Shown: positions 29,587-39,611, counted from the first letter of the stretch. The stretch: 57,079 bases of DNA from Nitrosopumilaceae archaeon (GCA_021296175.1 JAGWAX010000001.1:1-57079); one strand, 5' to 3'. Numbers and translations: made by a program. Notes: a model not told the origin generated them from the sequence alone.

Positions 29587-31314
29587 ATGAACCCCGGCGA
29601 ACACGTTGCAATAGGGATAAAGCTGGTTGAAAATATGCAGTACCGGGGGGCCCTAAGGCACTATAACAAGGCGCTAAAGCAGATTCCGGATCTGGGCTTT
29701 GCCCTGTCAAACAAGGCAATGATACTGGCCAAGCTCGGCAGGCATGAGGAGGCCGTAAAGTGCTACGAGGGATGGGACATTGAAGACGACTACAAAAAGA
29801 GGATGCACGATGGCGGTGAATACCACATATGTGGCAATTATCACATTGCCACGGATCACAACCATCTGGCCGTCATGCTTGATACCAAGATAAGGGTCTT
29901 CGACGGGGCCGGCCTTGCCAACAAAGTCATTCATGACTGTGAACGGCTGCAGGAGATTGAACCCGGAAACGACCTTACAACGCTTGTGATGACGCGCGCA
30001 ATATCGTCCACGTTTCCAGATGACAAAAAACAAGACAAGGCCATAGAATACCTTGACAAGGTCACAGGCTCCGGCCCCTACAGCGAATATCCGTGGCTTT
30101 GCAAGGGCTCCATACATCTGCGGGCAGGGCGCGAAGAGGAGGCCATTGCGTGCTTTGACAAAGTTATAGCAAAGAACCCGCGATCAGTAGGGGCATGGAA
30201 AGAGAAGGGGCATGCCCTCGCGCACTTGAAAAGGTACAAAGAGGCAATGGAATGCTATGACAGGATCATCTGCCTGCATCCTGAATCAGCAGAAGCACTT
30301 GAGGAGAAAGCAAAACTTCTTGCCAAGTTAGACAGGTACGGCGAATCCATTGCATGCTATGATGCGGCAATAAGGATTGCCCCCGAGCAGGCCTACCTGC
30401 ACTACGACAAGGCGCTAGTGCTTTTTGCTTCGGAAAGAGACAAGGAGGCAGTCACCCATTGCAACGAGGCGATCAGGATCGACCCGGGGCTCAAAGAGTC
30501 GTATCTTCTCAGGGCAGACGCATACTACGGCATGGACATGCACGAGGAGGCTGCTGCAGGGTATGATGATGCGATAAAAAAAGGACTTTGCTCGGCGGCG
30601 ACATACGCAAACAGGGCAAGTGCACTCTCCAGTCTGGAAAGGTATGAGGATGCAGTCAAGTGCCTTGATGAGGCGATCAGGATCGACCCGGGGTGGGACG
30701 AGGACCTGTACCTGGACAAGGCAGACGCACTCTCCAGTCTGGAAAGGTATGAGGATGCAGTCAAGTGCCTTGACTGCGCGATAAAACATGGCTTTGAGTC
30801 AAGTTTGATCTATGCAGACAAGGCCTACTGCCTCTACATGTTGGACAGGCACGAGGAGGCAGCCACATGCAACGACGAGGCCATCAAAAGAGATCCGGAC
30901 AATTCGTACTGCGCTTGGATCAAGGGTATGATTTGTATGAAACTGGAGCAATATGCACGCGCGATAGAATGCTTTGACAAGCTAATCCAGTTAAGACCCG
31001 CGTCTCCGGACACCATACGCTCCAAGGGCTCTGCACTCTTAAAGCTGGATATGTACGACGAGGCAATAGAATGCTTTGACAGGGCGTCTGAACTCGACAA
31101 GACGGACGCGGGTGCCCACATACAAAAGGGATATGCCCTGCGCATGCTGCACCGGTACGAGGACGCGCTGGAGAGTTACAAGGACGCGGCAAGCATTGAT
31201 CCGGCAAACGGCACTGCCGCATACGGGATAGAAGAGATGCAAAAGAAAATTCAGACAGTCCAAAGGGAGAAATCAAAGGTATTGGAATATCTGCGCGGAG
31301 CAAGGCGCCAATAG
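29587..31314 (+). CDS. Tetratricopeptide repeat protein
   Basis: More than ten ~34-aa TPR units (KG..L..L.RYEEA..C.D.AI..DP). Confidence 0.92.
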   Translation: MNPGEHVAIGIKLVENMQYRGALRHYNKALKQIPDLGFALSNKAMILAKLGRHEEAVKCYEGWDIEDDYKKRMHDGGEYHICGNYHIATDHNHLAVMLDTKIRVFDGAGLANKVIHDCERLQEIEPGNDLTTLVMTRAISSTFPDDKKQDKAIEYLDKVTGSGPYSEYPWLCKGSIHLRAGREEEAIACFDKVIAKNPRSVGAWKEKGHALAHLKRYKEAMECYDRIICLHPESAEALEEKAKLLAKLDRYGESIACYDAAIRIAPEQAYLHYDKALVLFASERDKEAVTHCNEAIRIDPGLKESYLLRADAYYGMDMHEEAAAGYDDAIKKGLCSAATYANRASALSSLERYEDAVKCLDEAIRIDPGWDEDLYLDKADALSSLERYEDAVKCLDCAIKHGFESSLIYADKAYCLYMLDRHEEAATCNDEAIKRDPDNSYCAWIKGMICMKLEQYARAIECFDKLIQLRPASPDTIRSKGSALLKLDMYDEAIECFDRASELDKTDAGAHIQKGYALRMLHRYEDALESYKDAASIDPANGTAAYGIEEMQKKIQTVQREKSKVLEYLRGARRQ

Positions 31315-31787
31315 ACTTGTGCACAACGCGCGGCCCGTGCTCTAGGCGCGGCCGGCCGTGCAGCATGATGACCGCCGAGCGTGGCAGCCTACCCCTGAAT
31401 CCGGGTGGAAGTGGGCTTGCAAGGGCTTGCAGCGGAAACCGCATCCAGACACAGCAGCAGCACCATGCCGGGGTGTGTATATGCCCCTGCATTTTGCTAA
31501 AGATTGCAGTATGTGAAAAGTCGGCCCACTACTTGCATGCATCTCTCCCCATCCGTTGGGGGCCCCGCAAAGGGGCCCTGCCCCGGCGGACGCTATGGGC
31601 AAGCTTTCGATCACGGTGCAAAACCTGTGGAACTTCCCGTACCGCATGCCCTGCGCCCGTTTTTGTGCTCCCGCCCTGCCTCTAAACCCCCTCAAGGCGA
31701 ACACACGTTTGGGGCGGAAAACTCCGAGTTGGGCAGCGCCCCCGCCGGCCAACAAAGATTTTTTTAGTGGCTTTGTGGAGCCGAGGC

Positions 31788-32453
31788 ATGAGCCTTTTGA
31801 GGCGTATAGACGAGATAATCGCAGAGCGCAGCCTGCTCAAGCACCCGTTCTATGAGATGTGGTCTGCCGGCGAGCTCTCGAAAAAGTCACTTGCCGGCTA
31901 CTCAAAGGAGTACTTTCAGCTTGTAAAGGCGGTGCCCTCGTTCATGGACACCATAATGGAGGCCGCCCCCGACTCTGGGTCCGTCAACCACGAACTGGCC
32001 GAGAACCGCCGGGAGGAGGCCGATCATATCGGTCCGTGGCTCGAGTTTGCCGACGAGCTCGGGGTGTCCGAGTCTGAGCTGGCCGGGTATGCGGGACTGC
32101 CAAAGACGCGGCGGGCCGTGCACGATATGGGATACCTGATGGGGGCAGCCGGCTTTGACGCGGGGGCAGCTGCGATGTACGCGTTTGAAAAAGAGATTCC
32201 GCTGGTAAGCCAGACCAAGCTTGACGGGCTGGCGTCGTTTTATGGGATGGCCGGTGAGCGCGCCACCAGATACTTTGAACTGCACACCGAGGCGGACATC
32301 AGGCACGCCGCGCTCTGGAGGCGGATCATTGAGAATTCTGACGCGGCGGCGCATCCCGACGGCGAGCATGCATCCGTACTGGAGGACACGGCGTCAAAGT
32401 CAGTGTCTGCGCAGAACCTGCTGCTTGACGCGTGCTACGAAGAGTACTGCTGA
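31788..32453 (+). CDS. CADD / PqqC-TenA family heme-oxygenase-like diiron protein
   Basis: LLKHPFY..W..GEL, EN..EE..H, YAFE, YF..H...D..H ligand pattern. Confidence 0.85.
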   Translation: MSLLRRIDEIIAERSLLKHPFYEMWSAGELSKKSLAGYSKEYFQLVKAVPSFMDTIMEAAPDSGSVNHELAENRREEADHIGPWLEFADELGVSESELAGYAGLPKTRRAVHDMGYLMGAAGFDAGAAAMYAFEKEIPLVSQTKLDGLASFYGMAGERATRYFELHTEADIRHAALWRRIIENSDAAAHPDGEHASVLEDTASKSVSAQNLLLDACYEEYC

Positions 32454-32724
32454 TGCGCGTCCTCTGCCGCGTTAGGCCCCTGCAATGATTCATCAGATTT
32501 AGCTGGCATGGGCCAGGCCGCACCCGTCGCGCCCGGGCCCTCGTACGGGCCGTTGATTGGCTACTTGGGCCGCAGTGTGGTTTTTCCACCCGCACGCGAC
32601 CCCGGTAGCAGGACTGCGCATCGGTGCCGGTCCTGGCCGTGGCGCACTTGGGAATCCGCACTGCCGCATGGGCAGTCCTCGGGCTTCTTGCGTCTGGTGG
32701 CTCCATGTCGTGATTGGGCCTGTA

Positions 32725-34704
32725 TCATCCGGACGGCCGTCCTTCCAGCTTCCGCAGTATCTCGAGTTCCTGCTCCAACTCCGGATCCCCGATTGAACCC
32801 ATCTCCCTTTCAAAGTGGCTTCCAAACTGCCCCATTATCGCTTGATAGCCGCCGGATACGCTCAGCGGGATGGACTGCCTCTCCCACTGTCCCAACGACG
32901 TGTTGCCGACATGGTATGGTACGCGGATCCCCTCGGACAGGAACGGCGGCGTTCCGTCCCCATAAAACGGGTAGCCTGCAGGCTCGAATCCCTGGGAGTA
33001 CGCGTAAGACGCCCTCTCCTCAAAGGCCCACGTCTTGACGAGTTCTGCATGCTTTGCAAGGAGGATCCCCTTTTGGATTCCCGTGTTCTCGTAAAATATG
33101 GTGCCGCGATCCTCGAGCTCAAACGTGACGGAGTCTCCTCCCGTCCTGCTTGCCCTGTCCCTGTAGCTCGTGTCCAGAGTGATGGATGCGTCGCCCGGCG
33201 CCCTTTCCAGCTTGAGCAGCACTATGCCGCCCTTTGTCTGACCGTCCTTGGTCTTGGACGGGAACAGCGTGTTTATCCTCATTATCTCCCCCGTGGCCAG
33301 ATCTGCCTCCGGGGATCCGTATACCTGCTCTATCGAGTATCCGTCTGACTCTAATCTCAGGACAAGGTCGAAGACTAGCGGCGTGACCATGAATTCAAAC
33401 TCGTCAGTCATCCTGTCTAGGAATGACGAGGACGAATGTATGGAGTAATAGTTGGCTCCGCTGACCTTGGTGATGTGCTCCACCAGCTCCGTGTTAAAGT
33501 CCACGCCGATCCCTATCACGGTGGTGTGGATGCTCTTCCGTGCATTTTTCTCAATCATGCCAAACAGCCCGAACTCGTTGACCAGATCGGTGTTTGGCAT
33601 TGCGTCTGTGAGAAAGATTATCCTGCTCTCATACTCGTCCGGATCCGCATCTTGTACCGCCTCAAAGAGCGACGTGCCCGACCTGATTCCTGCTTCCATG
33701 TTTGTCCCCCCTTCTGCATGAATGGCCAAAATGTTCTTCTTCAGCCGCTCGCGGTCAGTTGCCTCCATGCTTTCTAGCGGCTTTGCGACGTGGGCTGTGT
33801 TATCAAAGAGCACTATGCCGAGCCTGTCCCCATCTTTCAGGTGGTCAATCATCCCGGCAATGGATTCTGCGGCAATGCTGATCTTTGCCTTGGAAAAGTC
33901 GTCCTCTGGCGCGCCCGGACGCTCAAGCTGGCCTCCAAACTGGTCATAATAGTACCTGTCGAATGAGCTCTGCATCGATCCCGAGACGTCCAGCACCACG
34001 ACCAGGTTGAGTTTTTTTCTCTCAAAGTCGGATTCCTTTATTCCAGAGTTCAGCCCGACTGACAGGTAGTATTCGTCCTTTTCTGAGAGTGGATCCTGCG
34101 AGATTGCATAGCTGTACGACGGGCAGAACAGTTTTTCGCATTGCTGCTCTGCTCCGGTATCAAAGTAATAGTCGCTGAACAGGCCCTCGTACGTGATATC
34201 GGTGTGGAGCGGGAGAAAGTCATTTTCTACGTTCTTCCTAAAGTTCTCAATGTCCTGCGCGCCCCCCGCCGTGAGGCCGATGCCTGATGGTTCGCTCTGG
34301 AGGCCTTGGGGTTGCGGGGAGCTTTGCACGTTGCCAAAACCTTCATCTGACATCCTTGGTTGTTCGTTCCACGTGTCCGAATAGAATTTGGCCTGGTTGT
34401 AAAGGCTGGGCGGTTTGCCTGGTGGCTTTTCAACTGACGTGTTGTCGCCAGAGGTGTCTTGCACTGTCTGTACCAGAACCCATCCTCGCTGTTGCAATGC
34501 TTCTGCAGATTTCTCATAGAGACACGCTGGCACGCCCCCCGGTGTCTCCATTAGTACCCTTGAGTCCCTGCACTGTATCTCATGTATCGGTACTCCGGAG
34601 TTATACTGAGTCAGGGGTGGTGGAATATCTGCCAGCGCAGGAATGGCAGTCATGCCGGCAACCAAGGCAAACAGCAACCACACAGGAAAAGTCACCTTGT
34701 CCAT
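32725..34704 (-). CDS. Secreted VWA domain protein
   Basis: Signal peptide; N-terminal 'PPLTQ..G....I.C......P.C' module; MIDAS DVSGSM, GGTN, FLTD. Confidence 0.9.
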   Translation of the reverse strand: MDKVTFPVWLLFALVAGMTAIPALADIPPPLTQYNSGVPIHEIQCRDSRVLMETPGGVPACLYEKSAEALQQRGWVLVQTVQDTSGDNTSVEKPPGKPPSLYNQAKFYSDTWNEQPRMSDEGFGNVQSSPQPQGLQSEPSGIGLTAGGAQDIENFRKNVENDFLPLHTDITYEGLFSDYYFDTGAEQQCEKLFCPSYSYAISQDPLSEKDEYYLSVGLNSGIKESDFERKKLNLVVVLDVSGSMQSSFDRYYYDQFGGQLERPGAPEDDFSKAKISIAAESIAGMIDHLKDGDRLGIVLFDNTAHVAKPLESMEATDRERLKKNILAIHAEGGTNMEAGIRSGTSLFEAVQDADPDEYESRIIFLTDAMPNTDLVNEFGLFGMIEKNARKSIHTTVIGIGVDFNTELVEHITKVSGANYYSIHSSSSFLDRMTDEFEFMVTPLVFDLVLRLESDGYSIEQVYGSPEADLATGEIMRINTLFPSKTKDGQTKGGIVLLKLERAPGDASITLDTSYRDRASRTGGDSVTFELEDRGTIFYENTGIQKGILLAKHAELVKTWAFEERASYAYSQGFEPAGYPFYGDGTPPFLSEGIRVPYHVGNTSLGQWERQSIPLSVSGGYQAIMGQFGSHFEREMGSIGDPELEQELEILRKLEGRPSG

Positions 34705-34895
34705 TGGGATGCCTGTGCCGTTTTTACTAGTAAAGGCTTTGTCCGGATCCAGTGGCCGGATCTGTCCGCTCCTCTGGCCGGGGCCACTGAGCTCAAGCGG
34801 GTATGATGCTGCGGTGTCCCGACACGTGACATGATCCCGGGCACAGCGGCGATCGAAGCGCCATCTCCGAACTCTGCGCCTTCCTGCGCTCTTGT

Positions 34896-35027
34896 TCGCA
34901 TGTTGTACGTGAATACGGCCATGTAAAATGGCATGGCGCGATACGCCGGATCCCGGTTTGTCGTCTATGGTCTGGTAGGCCTCCAGCCGGTATCTGGTCT
35001 CGATTCTTCCTCCCCTCTCTTTCGGTA
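34896..35027 (-). pseudogene. Decayed DDE transposase C-terminal remnant (IS4/ISH3-like)
   Basis: Minus-strand fragments YRKR.. / IETRYR / TRP*TTNRDPAYRAMPFYMAVFTYNM across frameshifts and one stop. Confidence 0.55.
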
Positions 35028-35145
35028 CGACGCTTGGCTTGCCTTGCCTGCTTCTTTTGAGTGTGCCTGAATCCGCGTGGTGTTATGGTCATTTGATGGT
35101 GGCCTTTCACAACATTTTATACCTCATGCGCGGGTCTCTGCTTGG

Positions 35146-35219
35146 GGGCCCGTAACTCAGCTTGGTAGAGTAACCGGCTCATAACCGGTGAGCCATGGGA
35201 TCGAAGCCCTTCGGGCCCA
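35146..35219 (+). tRNA. tRNA with CAT anticodon, probably tRNA-Ile2 (agmatidine-modified) rather than Met
   Basis: GGGCCCG/CGGGCCC Ile-type acceptor stem, ACCGG-CTCATAA-CCGGT anticodon arm; lacks initiator A1-U72 pair and GGG/CCC anticodon stem. Confidence 0.88.
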
Positions 35220-35345
35220 CTCTTACATCTAGGGCAAGCTCTTTTTTGATTGCTACTGCTACTGCTGTGGCTGTTGCAATACCACACGTCCATGGTGCCA
35301 GTATCGACGTAGCGCGTAGCCGGAAAACCGCCCCTCTCCCCACCC

Positions 35346-35783
35346 TTATTTTCTCTCCCCAAGGCAACCATCACTTTGTAAAAAGTCGGCTACCTGGTCA
35401 TGTGGGACGTCCAATACGTACGAGTAATCAGAGCCGGCACAACCCGCGGTGATTTTTACTTTCTGATGCAGGACGCTCTTTCTTACTTCCATGTGGATGC
35501 TTTGCATGTCATTGATTTCTGAGGTATACTGGATTACCTTCCATCCCAGAAAATCACCGTAGTGGATAGTGCCGTAATCCGGATATTTCTCGATGAAAAT
35601 CTTCACCTCTGAAATTCTTGCAAAGCCTTCCTCAAACGCCTCATCTGATGTCGTCGATATTATAAAGTTGGCAATCATGCCGGCGACAATCATGTAAAGA
35701 ACCGGCCCGATGAAGAAGATTGCTGCAAATCCAGTCGGGATGGCGATGCCTACAATCAGTGGAATCTTGTACCTGGCCCTCAA
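35346..35783 (-). CDS. Hypothetical membrane-anchored protein (lower GC)
   Basis: Hydrophobic N-terminal helices, 145-aa ORF in AT-richer DNA. Confidence 0.7.
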   Translation of the reverse strand: MRARYKIPLIVGIAIPTGFAAIFFIGPVLYMIVAGMIANFIISTTSDEAFEEGFARISEVKIFIEKYPDYGTIHYGDFLGWKVIQYTSEINDMQSIHMEVRKSVLHQKVKITAGCAGSDYSYVLDVPHDQVADFLQSDGCLGERK

Positions 35784-36310
35784 TTACTCTATTGGTTCTG
35801 TCATACTCATAAAGTGTTTCATCCGGCCATTACGGGCCGCAGTACTCACAGGTCTACCAAAGCATGTAATGGATAAAATAGACTTAACGTGACCGTTGCG
35901 GACAGGCCCAGTACCCAGTATCTCAGTACCCTGTCTCGGAATATCATGATATGGACAGGGTCGAGGCGGAAACCAGTCCTGGTATGTATCTTAACGCCCT
36001 CGTCAAGACCCTGTGTCGCACCATTGGACTCTCCTAAGAGAGTCGTCACCGTCCCAAAAAACACGACAAAGGCAAAAATCGAGCTGGCCAGCGCGGTGGC
36101 TTGGCCGTATCGCGCGCATGATTAGTCTTTTAAGACGGCTGTGCACAGGAACGACGGCCGCGATGAAGAATCAGAGTTATGTCTGAGATGATATGATGTG
36201 AAGGCATTTGTCTGAGCAGGCTGTTATACGAACGGACGCTATGACGCGGTCGTGCTGCTGTGGGGCGTCCCAACCGCAGAGATTTATTTTAGCATGCGCC
36301 GCATTTAGCC

Positions 36311-37927
36311 ATGCCCGAGATATGGCTCAATTATGGGGCGACGGAGGTGGTCTTGGAGATAATGGCCGAGAACCTGGAGGAGACGATCAATTCAGGAGGC
36401 AGCGGCAGCGACAACAGCATGGTGAGCAAGGTCGGAAGCCTCGGCGGGGAGTCGGTGATACCACTTGCCGCCGCTGGCGATGATGGCGATGATGTCGATG
36501 ATGGCGATGACGACAACGATGATGGTAACGGCGGTGGCGGAGATACTGCCGCTGAAGGTGGCGGAGATAACGTCGATACCGATAGCGGTGATGGGGGCAA
36601 CACGGGCCACGGCGATGCCGGCTCGGGCAGCGGCACGCCTGCTGAACCCGCCGACGGCGATGGCGGAACCGACGCCTTGTCTGACAACGACACCGACGGC
36701 CACGTCGGGGCCGGCGGCAGCAGTATTGATGGCGACGATGATGATGGTGCCAGTGATGGCGACGCTGGCGGCAAAGCCTACGATGATGTCTCCACCGCTG
36801 CTGCTGCTGCTGCTGCCGGCAGCATGGCGCGCGCAAGGGACCACGTCCCCGCTCCGCGCCAACTAGAGTCCGGTAAGATCTCCGACATCCTGCGTGACAT
36901 CGACGTGACGGGACCGTTCGACCTGGTGCTGCTGCACGACTCGCAGGCGGTACGGCAGGTGGTGTCCTCCGTGTTTATGATGTGCGAGCAGCGGGCAGTC
37001 CAGTTTCCCGGCATACTGGCCGACCGGGACATCCTGCCGGCCATAAAGCCCGGGCTGCCGGAGGGAAGCGTGGCGGCCGAGTTTCCTGCCGGCGCAATCG
37101 GGGGCGGGCGTGACTATGCCCGCGGCGGCGACAACAACAACATGGGCGGCGCGGCCGACTCCGACGCATCTGGAAGAAAACGTAGCATGATCTTCGTGGC
37201 CGAGGCCGAGTTTGACGGATTGTTTGGGTACGAGACCGTGTCGACTAGACTGCTTCGCCGGTTCGGATCCGACGGGATGCTTGCCGCATATGCAAAGCGC
37301 GACGGCAATATGCCTTTACCGGGACGCCGGACGGGAAGCTTTGCAGAGGCGGTAAAGTTTGCCGACCGGTTCGAGATAGGCGGAATCGACATAGTGGCGA
37401 GCTCAAGCGGCATATCTGACATCTTCGTCGGGCACCCGTCTGAAACCGCCGCAAAGGCCTCCGCGTCACTCGAGTCCGGCTTTATGCTGGACGTGGAGCA
37501 GCAGAGGACCCTGATTGCGAGCACGGGCAAGGCGTCAAGCAACGCCACGCTCGGCGACGCCCTCTCCTCGGTGTGGAACTGCCACCAGGCGGTGCGCGAC
37601 CGCGGGCTGCTCGTGCTGGTGGCCGAGTGCGCGCGCGGGCTGGGACCGGACGCGATCCGGATGCGCGTGGAGGGGGGGCTGCAGCCGGAGGAGCTCTCCA
37701 ACCCGTCCGCGTACGTGGACGGCATGGAGGAGCTGCTGTTCCTGCACGAGGTACAGAAGCGGTGCCAGGTCGCTCTCGTCTCGGTACTGCCGGAGATGTA
37801 CACCAAGAGGCTCGGACTGGTCTCGCTTGGGGGCATGCAGGAGTCCGTCGCGTACCTCAAAAAGACGCAGGGCGCGCGGCAAAGGGCCTCTGTCGTACTG
37901 GACGGGTCGCGCCTGCTGCTAAGGTAG
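36311..37927 (+). CDS. LarA/DUF2088-like protein with a large Asp/Gly-rich insertion
   Basis: N-terminus 'IWLNYG' and C-terminal 'AVRDRGLLVLVAECARGLG' match the LarA-family layout. Confidence 0.7.
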   Translation: MPEIWLNYGATEVVLEIMAENLEETINSGGSGSDNSMVSKVGSLGGESVIPLAAAGDDGDDVDDGDDDNDDGNGGGGDTAAEGGGDNVDTDSGDGGNTGHGDAGSGSGTPAEPADGDGGTDALSDNDTDGHVGAGGSSIDGDDDDGASDGDAGGKAYDDVSTAAAAAAAGSMARARDHVPAPRQLESGKISDILRDIDVTGPFDLVLLHDSQAVRQVVSSVFMMCEQRAVQFPGILADRDILPAIKPGLPEGSVAAEFPAGAIGGGRDYARGGDNNNMGGAADSDASGRKRSMIFVAEAEFDGLFGYETVSTRLLRRFGSDGMLAAYAKRDGNMPLPGRRTGSFAEAVKFADRFEIGGIDIVASSSGISDIFVGHPSETAAKASASLESGFMLDVEQQRTLIASTGKASSNATLGDALSSVWNCHQAVRDRGLLVLVAECARGLGPDAIRMRVEGGLQPEELSNPSAYVDGMEELLFLHEVQKRCQVALVSVLPEMYTKRLGLVSLGGMQESVAYLKKTQGARQRASVVLDGSRLLLR

Positions 37928-39028
37928 GAGCGGAATGCCGGACGGGATCGGGGCGCACAGGACTGCGAGCGCCACTATCCCCAGGTATGCAACCTTTCTG
38001 CTGGCCGGGAGATCCGACACCTCGTCCAGGGGACTGGCGCTCGGGTTGCGCGAACTCATGAACAGTATCAGTATTGCCATTATCCAGTATCCCAGTATGA
38101 CGAGCACCGCGAGGCTCCCGTAGGTGGCGTACCTGTGCACCTTCTGGCCCATCAGCGTCCTTGCCATGTGCCCCCCGTCAAGCTGCCATGCGGGCAGCAG
38201 GTTGAGAAACGTGATCAGGAACCCTATCCATGCCGCAAACAGTATGGGCGTCATTATCACCTCTCCGCCCTCGACCCCCTTGCCGAACGCGGCCAGGCTT
38301 GCCGTCATCAGGAGGGGCTCGCCCAGGTTCCACTCGCCCAGCGCCTTGGACTCGAAGAAGCCGGCGGCCAGGTCCTCTGCTATGACGGGGGCCGTGTACG
38401 CGCCGTACACGGACACCATAACGGCGACTGCCAGTCCGGCCACGGGGCCTGCTATCGCCACGTCAAAGAGTATGGGGCGGTTTATCGTCAGGCCCCTCGA
38501 CTGGATGAACGCGCCAAACGTGGGGATTCCAATCACGGGCAGTCCCGGTATAAAGTAGGGCCACGTCGTCTTCAGGCCGTGCATGCGCGCGGCGACGAGG
38601 TGTCCTGCCTCGTGCACACCTAGTATGCCGAGCAGCGCCAGCGTGTATATGACCGCCATCTCGAACGGGTCGCCTATCTCGACTACGGTGTTGGTGCCGG
38701 CCGTGCGGTAGAACCCGTCGATCATCACAAACGCGACCACGACGCCGAAGAGCAGCCGCGGCGTCCACGACGAGTTGAATATCCTGCCGCCCCTCTCCTT
38801 TTTGTAGAACTTTTGCACGATGATGTGCCGTGAGCCGTCTGACTCAACCAGTCTTGCGACGTATCCGGTACCCTCCAGCGCCTTGGCCAATCCCTCGAAC
38901 TTCTCCCTTACTGCAAGGTCGCTTATGCTGAACTCGAGGGAAAACTCCGTCTTTGTCATAGAGTCGACCACAAACGTGGAGTGCACCATCTGTATGACGG
39001 CCGCATGCGGCCCGTCCTCCCAATCCAT
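37919..39028 (-). CDS. Site-2 protease (M50 family)
   Basis: HEAGH, AIAGP, NLLPAWQLDGGH. Confidence 0.93.
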   Translation of the reverse strand: MDWEDGPHAAVIQMVHSTFVVDSMTKTEFSLEFSISDLAVREKFEGLAKALEGTGYVARLVESDGSRHIIVQKFYKKERGGRIFNSSWTPRLLFGVVVAFVMIDGFYRTAGTNTVVEIGDPFEMAVIYTLALLGILGVHEAGHLVAARMHGLKTTWPYFIPGLPVIGIPTFGAFIQSRGLTINRPILFDVAIAGPVAGLAVAVMVSVYGAYTAPVIAEDLAAGFFESKALGEWNLGEPLLMTASLAAFGKGVEGGEVIMTPILFAAWIGFLITFLNLLPAWQLDGGHMARTLMGQKVHRYATYGSLAVLVILGYWIMAILILFMSSRNPSASPLDEVSDLPASRKVAYLGIVALAVLCAPIPSGIPLLP

Positions 39029-39113
39029 GTCAAATGTGGGCGGTGCGGCTCTTATTGTCTCTTGCTTGCCACAACGGACTTGAATTAAATATCGTCGTCG
39101 CCAATTTGCGCGC

Positions 39114-39611
39114 ATGCAGGTGATCCTCAGAAGCGTGGGAGGCTGTAGCATACGAAGGGCCGACATACCCGACATAGTCCCCGTGATGGAGGTCAACCTG
39201 CGGACGCTGCCGGAGCACTACTCGGACTACTTCTACGAGTCCATACTCTCGGAGCTGCCGGAGGCCTTTTTGGTGGCCGAGGCCGACGGCCGCCACGTCG
39301 GGTACATCATGTGCAAGATCGAGCACGGCTTCTCCAACTTTAAGAGGCTGGGATTTGTCAAGAAGGGGCACATGGTGTCCGTCGCCGTGCTTGACCGGTA
39401 CCGCAGGGGCGGGATCGGACGGGCCCTGGTCGAGGAGGCCACAAAGGGCATCGCCGTGCGCGGGTGCGACGAGTTCTACCTAGAGGTGCGGTGCAGCAAC
39501 ACCGGCGCCGTGAAGCTGTACGAGGATCTTGGCTTTGAGGTCCGGCAGAGGCTTGGCGCGTACTACAAGGACGGAGAGGATGCGTACCTGATGTCCCGCG
39601 AGATGAACTGA
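39114..39611 (+). CDS. rimI: Protein N-terminal acetyltransferase (RimI/Ard1 family)
   Basis: LPEHY, SVAVLDRYRRGGIG, LEVRCSN, YYKDGEDAY. Confidence 0.92.
   Translation: MQVILRSVGGCSIRRADIPDIVPVMEVNLRTLPEHYSDYFYESILSELPEAFLVAEADGRHVGYIMCKIEHGFSNFKRLGFVKKGHMVSVAVLDRYRRGGIGRALVEEATKGIAVRGCDEFYLEVRCSNTGAVKLYEDLGFEVRQRLGAYYKDGEDAYLMSREMN

Noticed and set aside
31560..31580. GGCCCC-GCAAA-GGGGCC hairpin upstream of the CADD-like gene as a possible riboswitch or ncRNA
   Set aside because: Isolated GC hairpin without conserved riboswitch, SRP or RNase P motifs
35846..36120. Hydrophobic minus-strand reading frame
   Set aside because: No convincing start or motif; may be a gene remnant but cannot be supported
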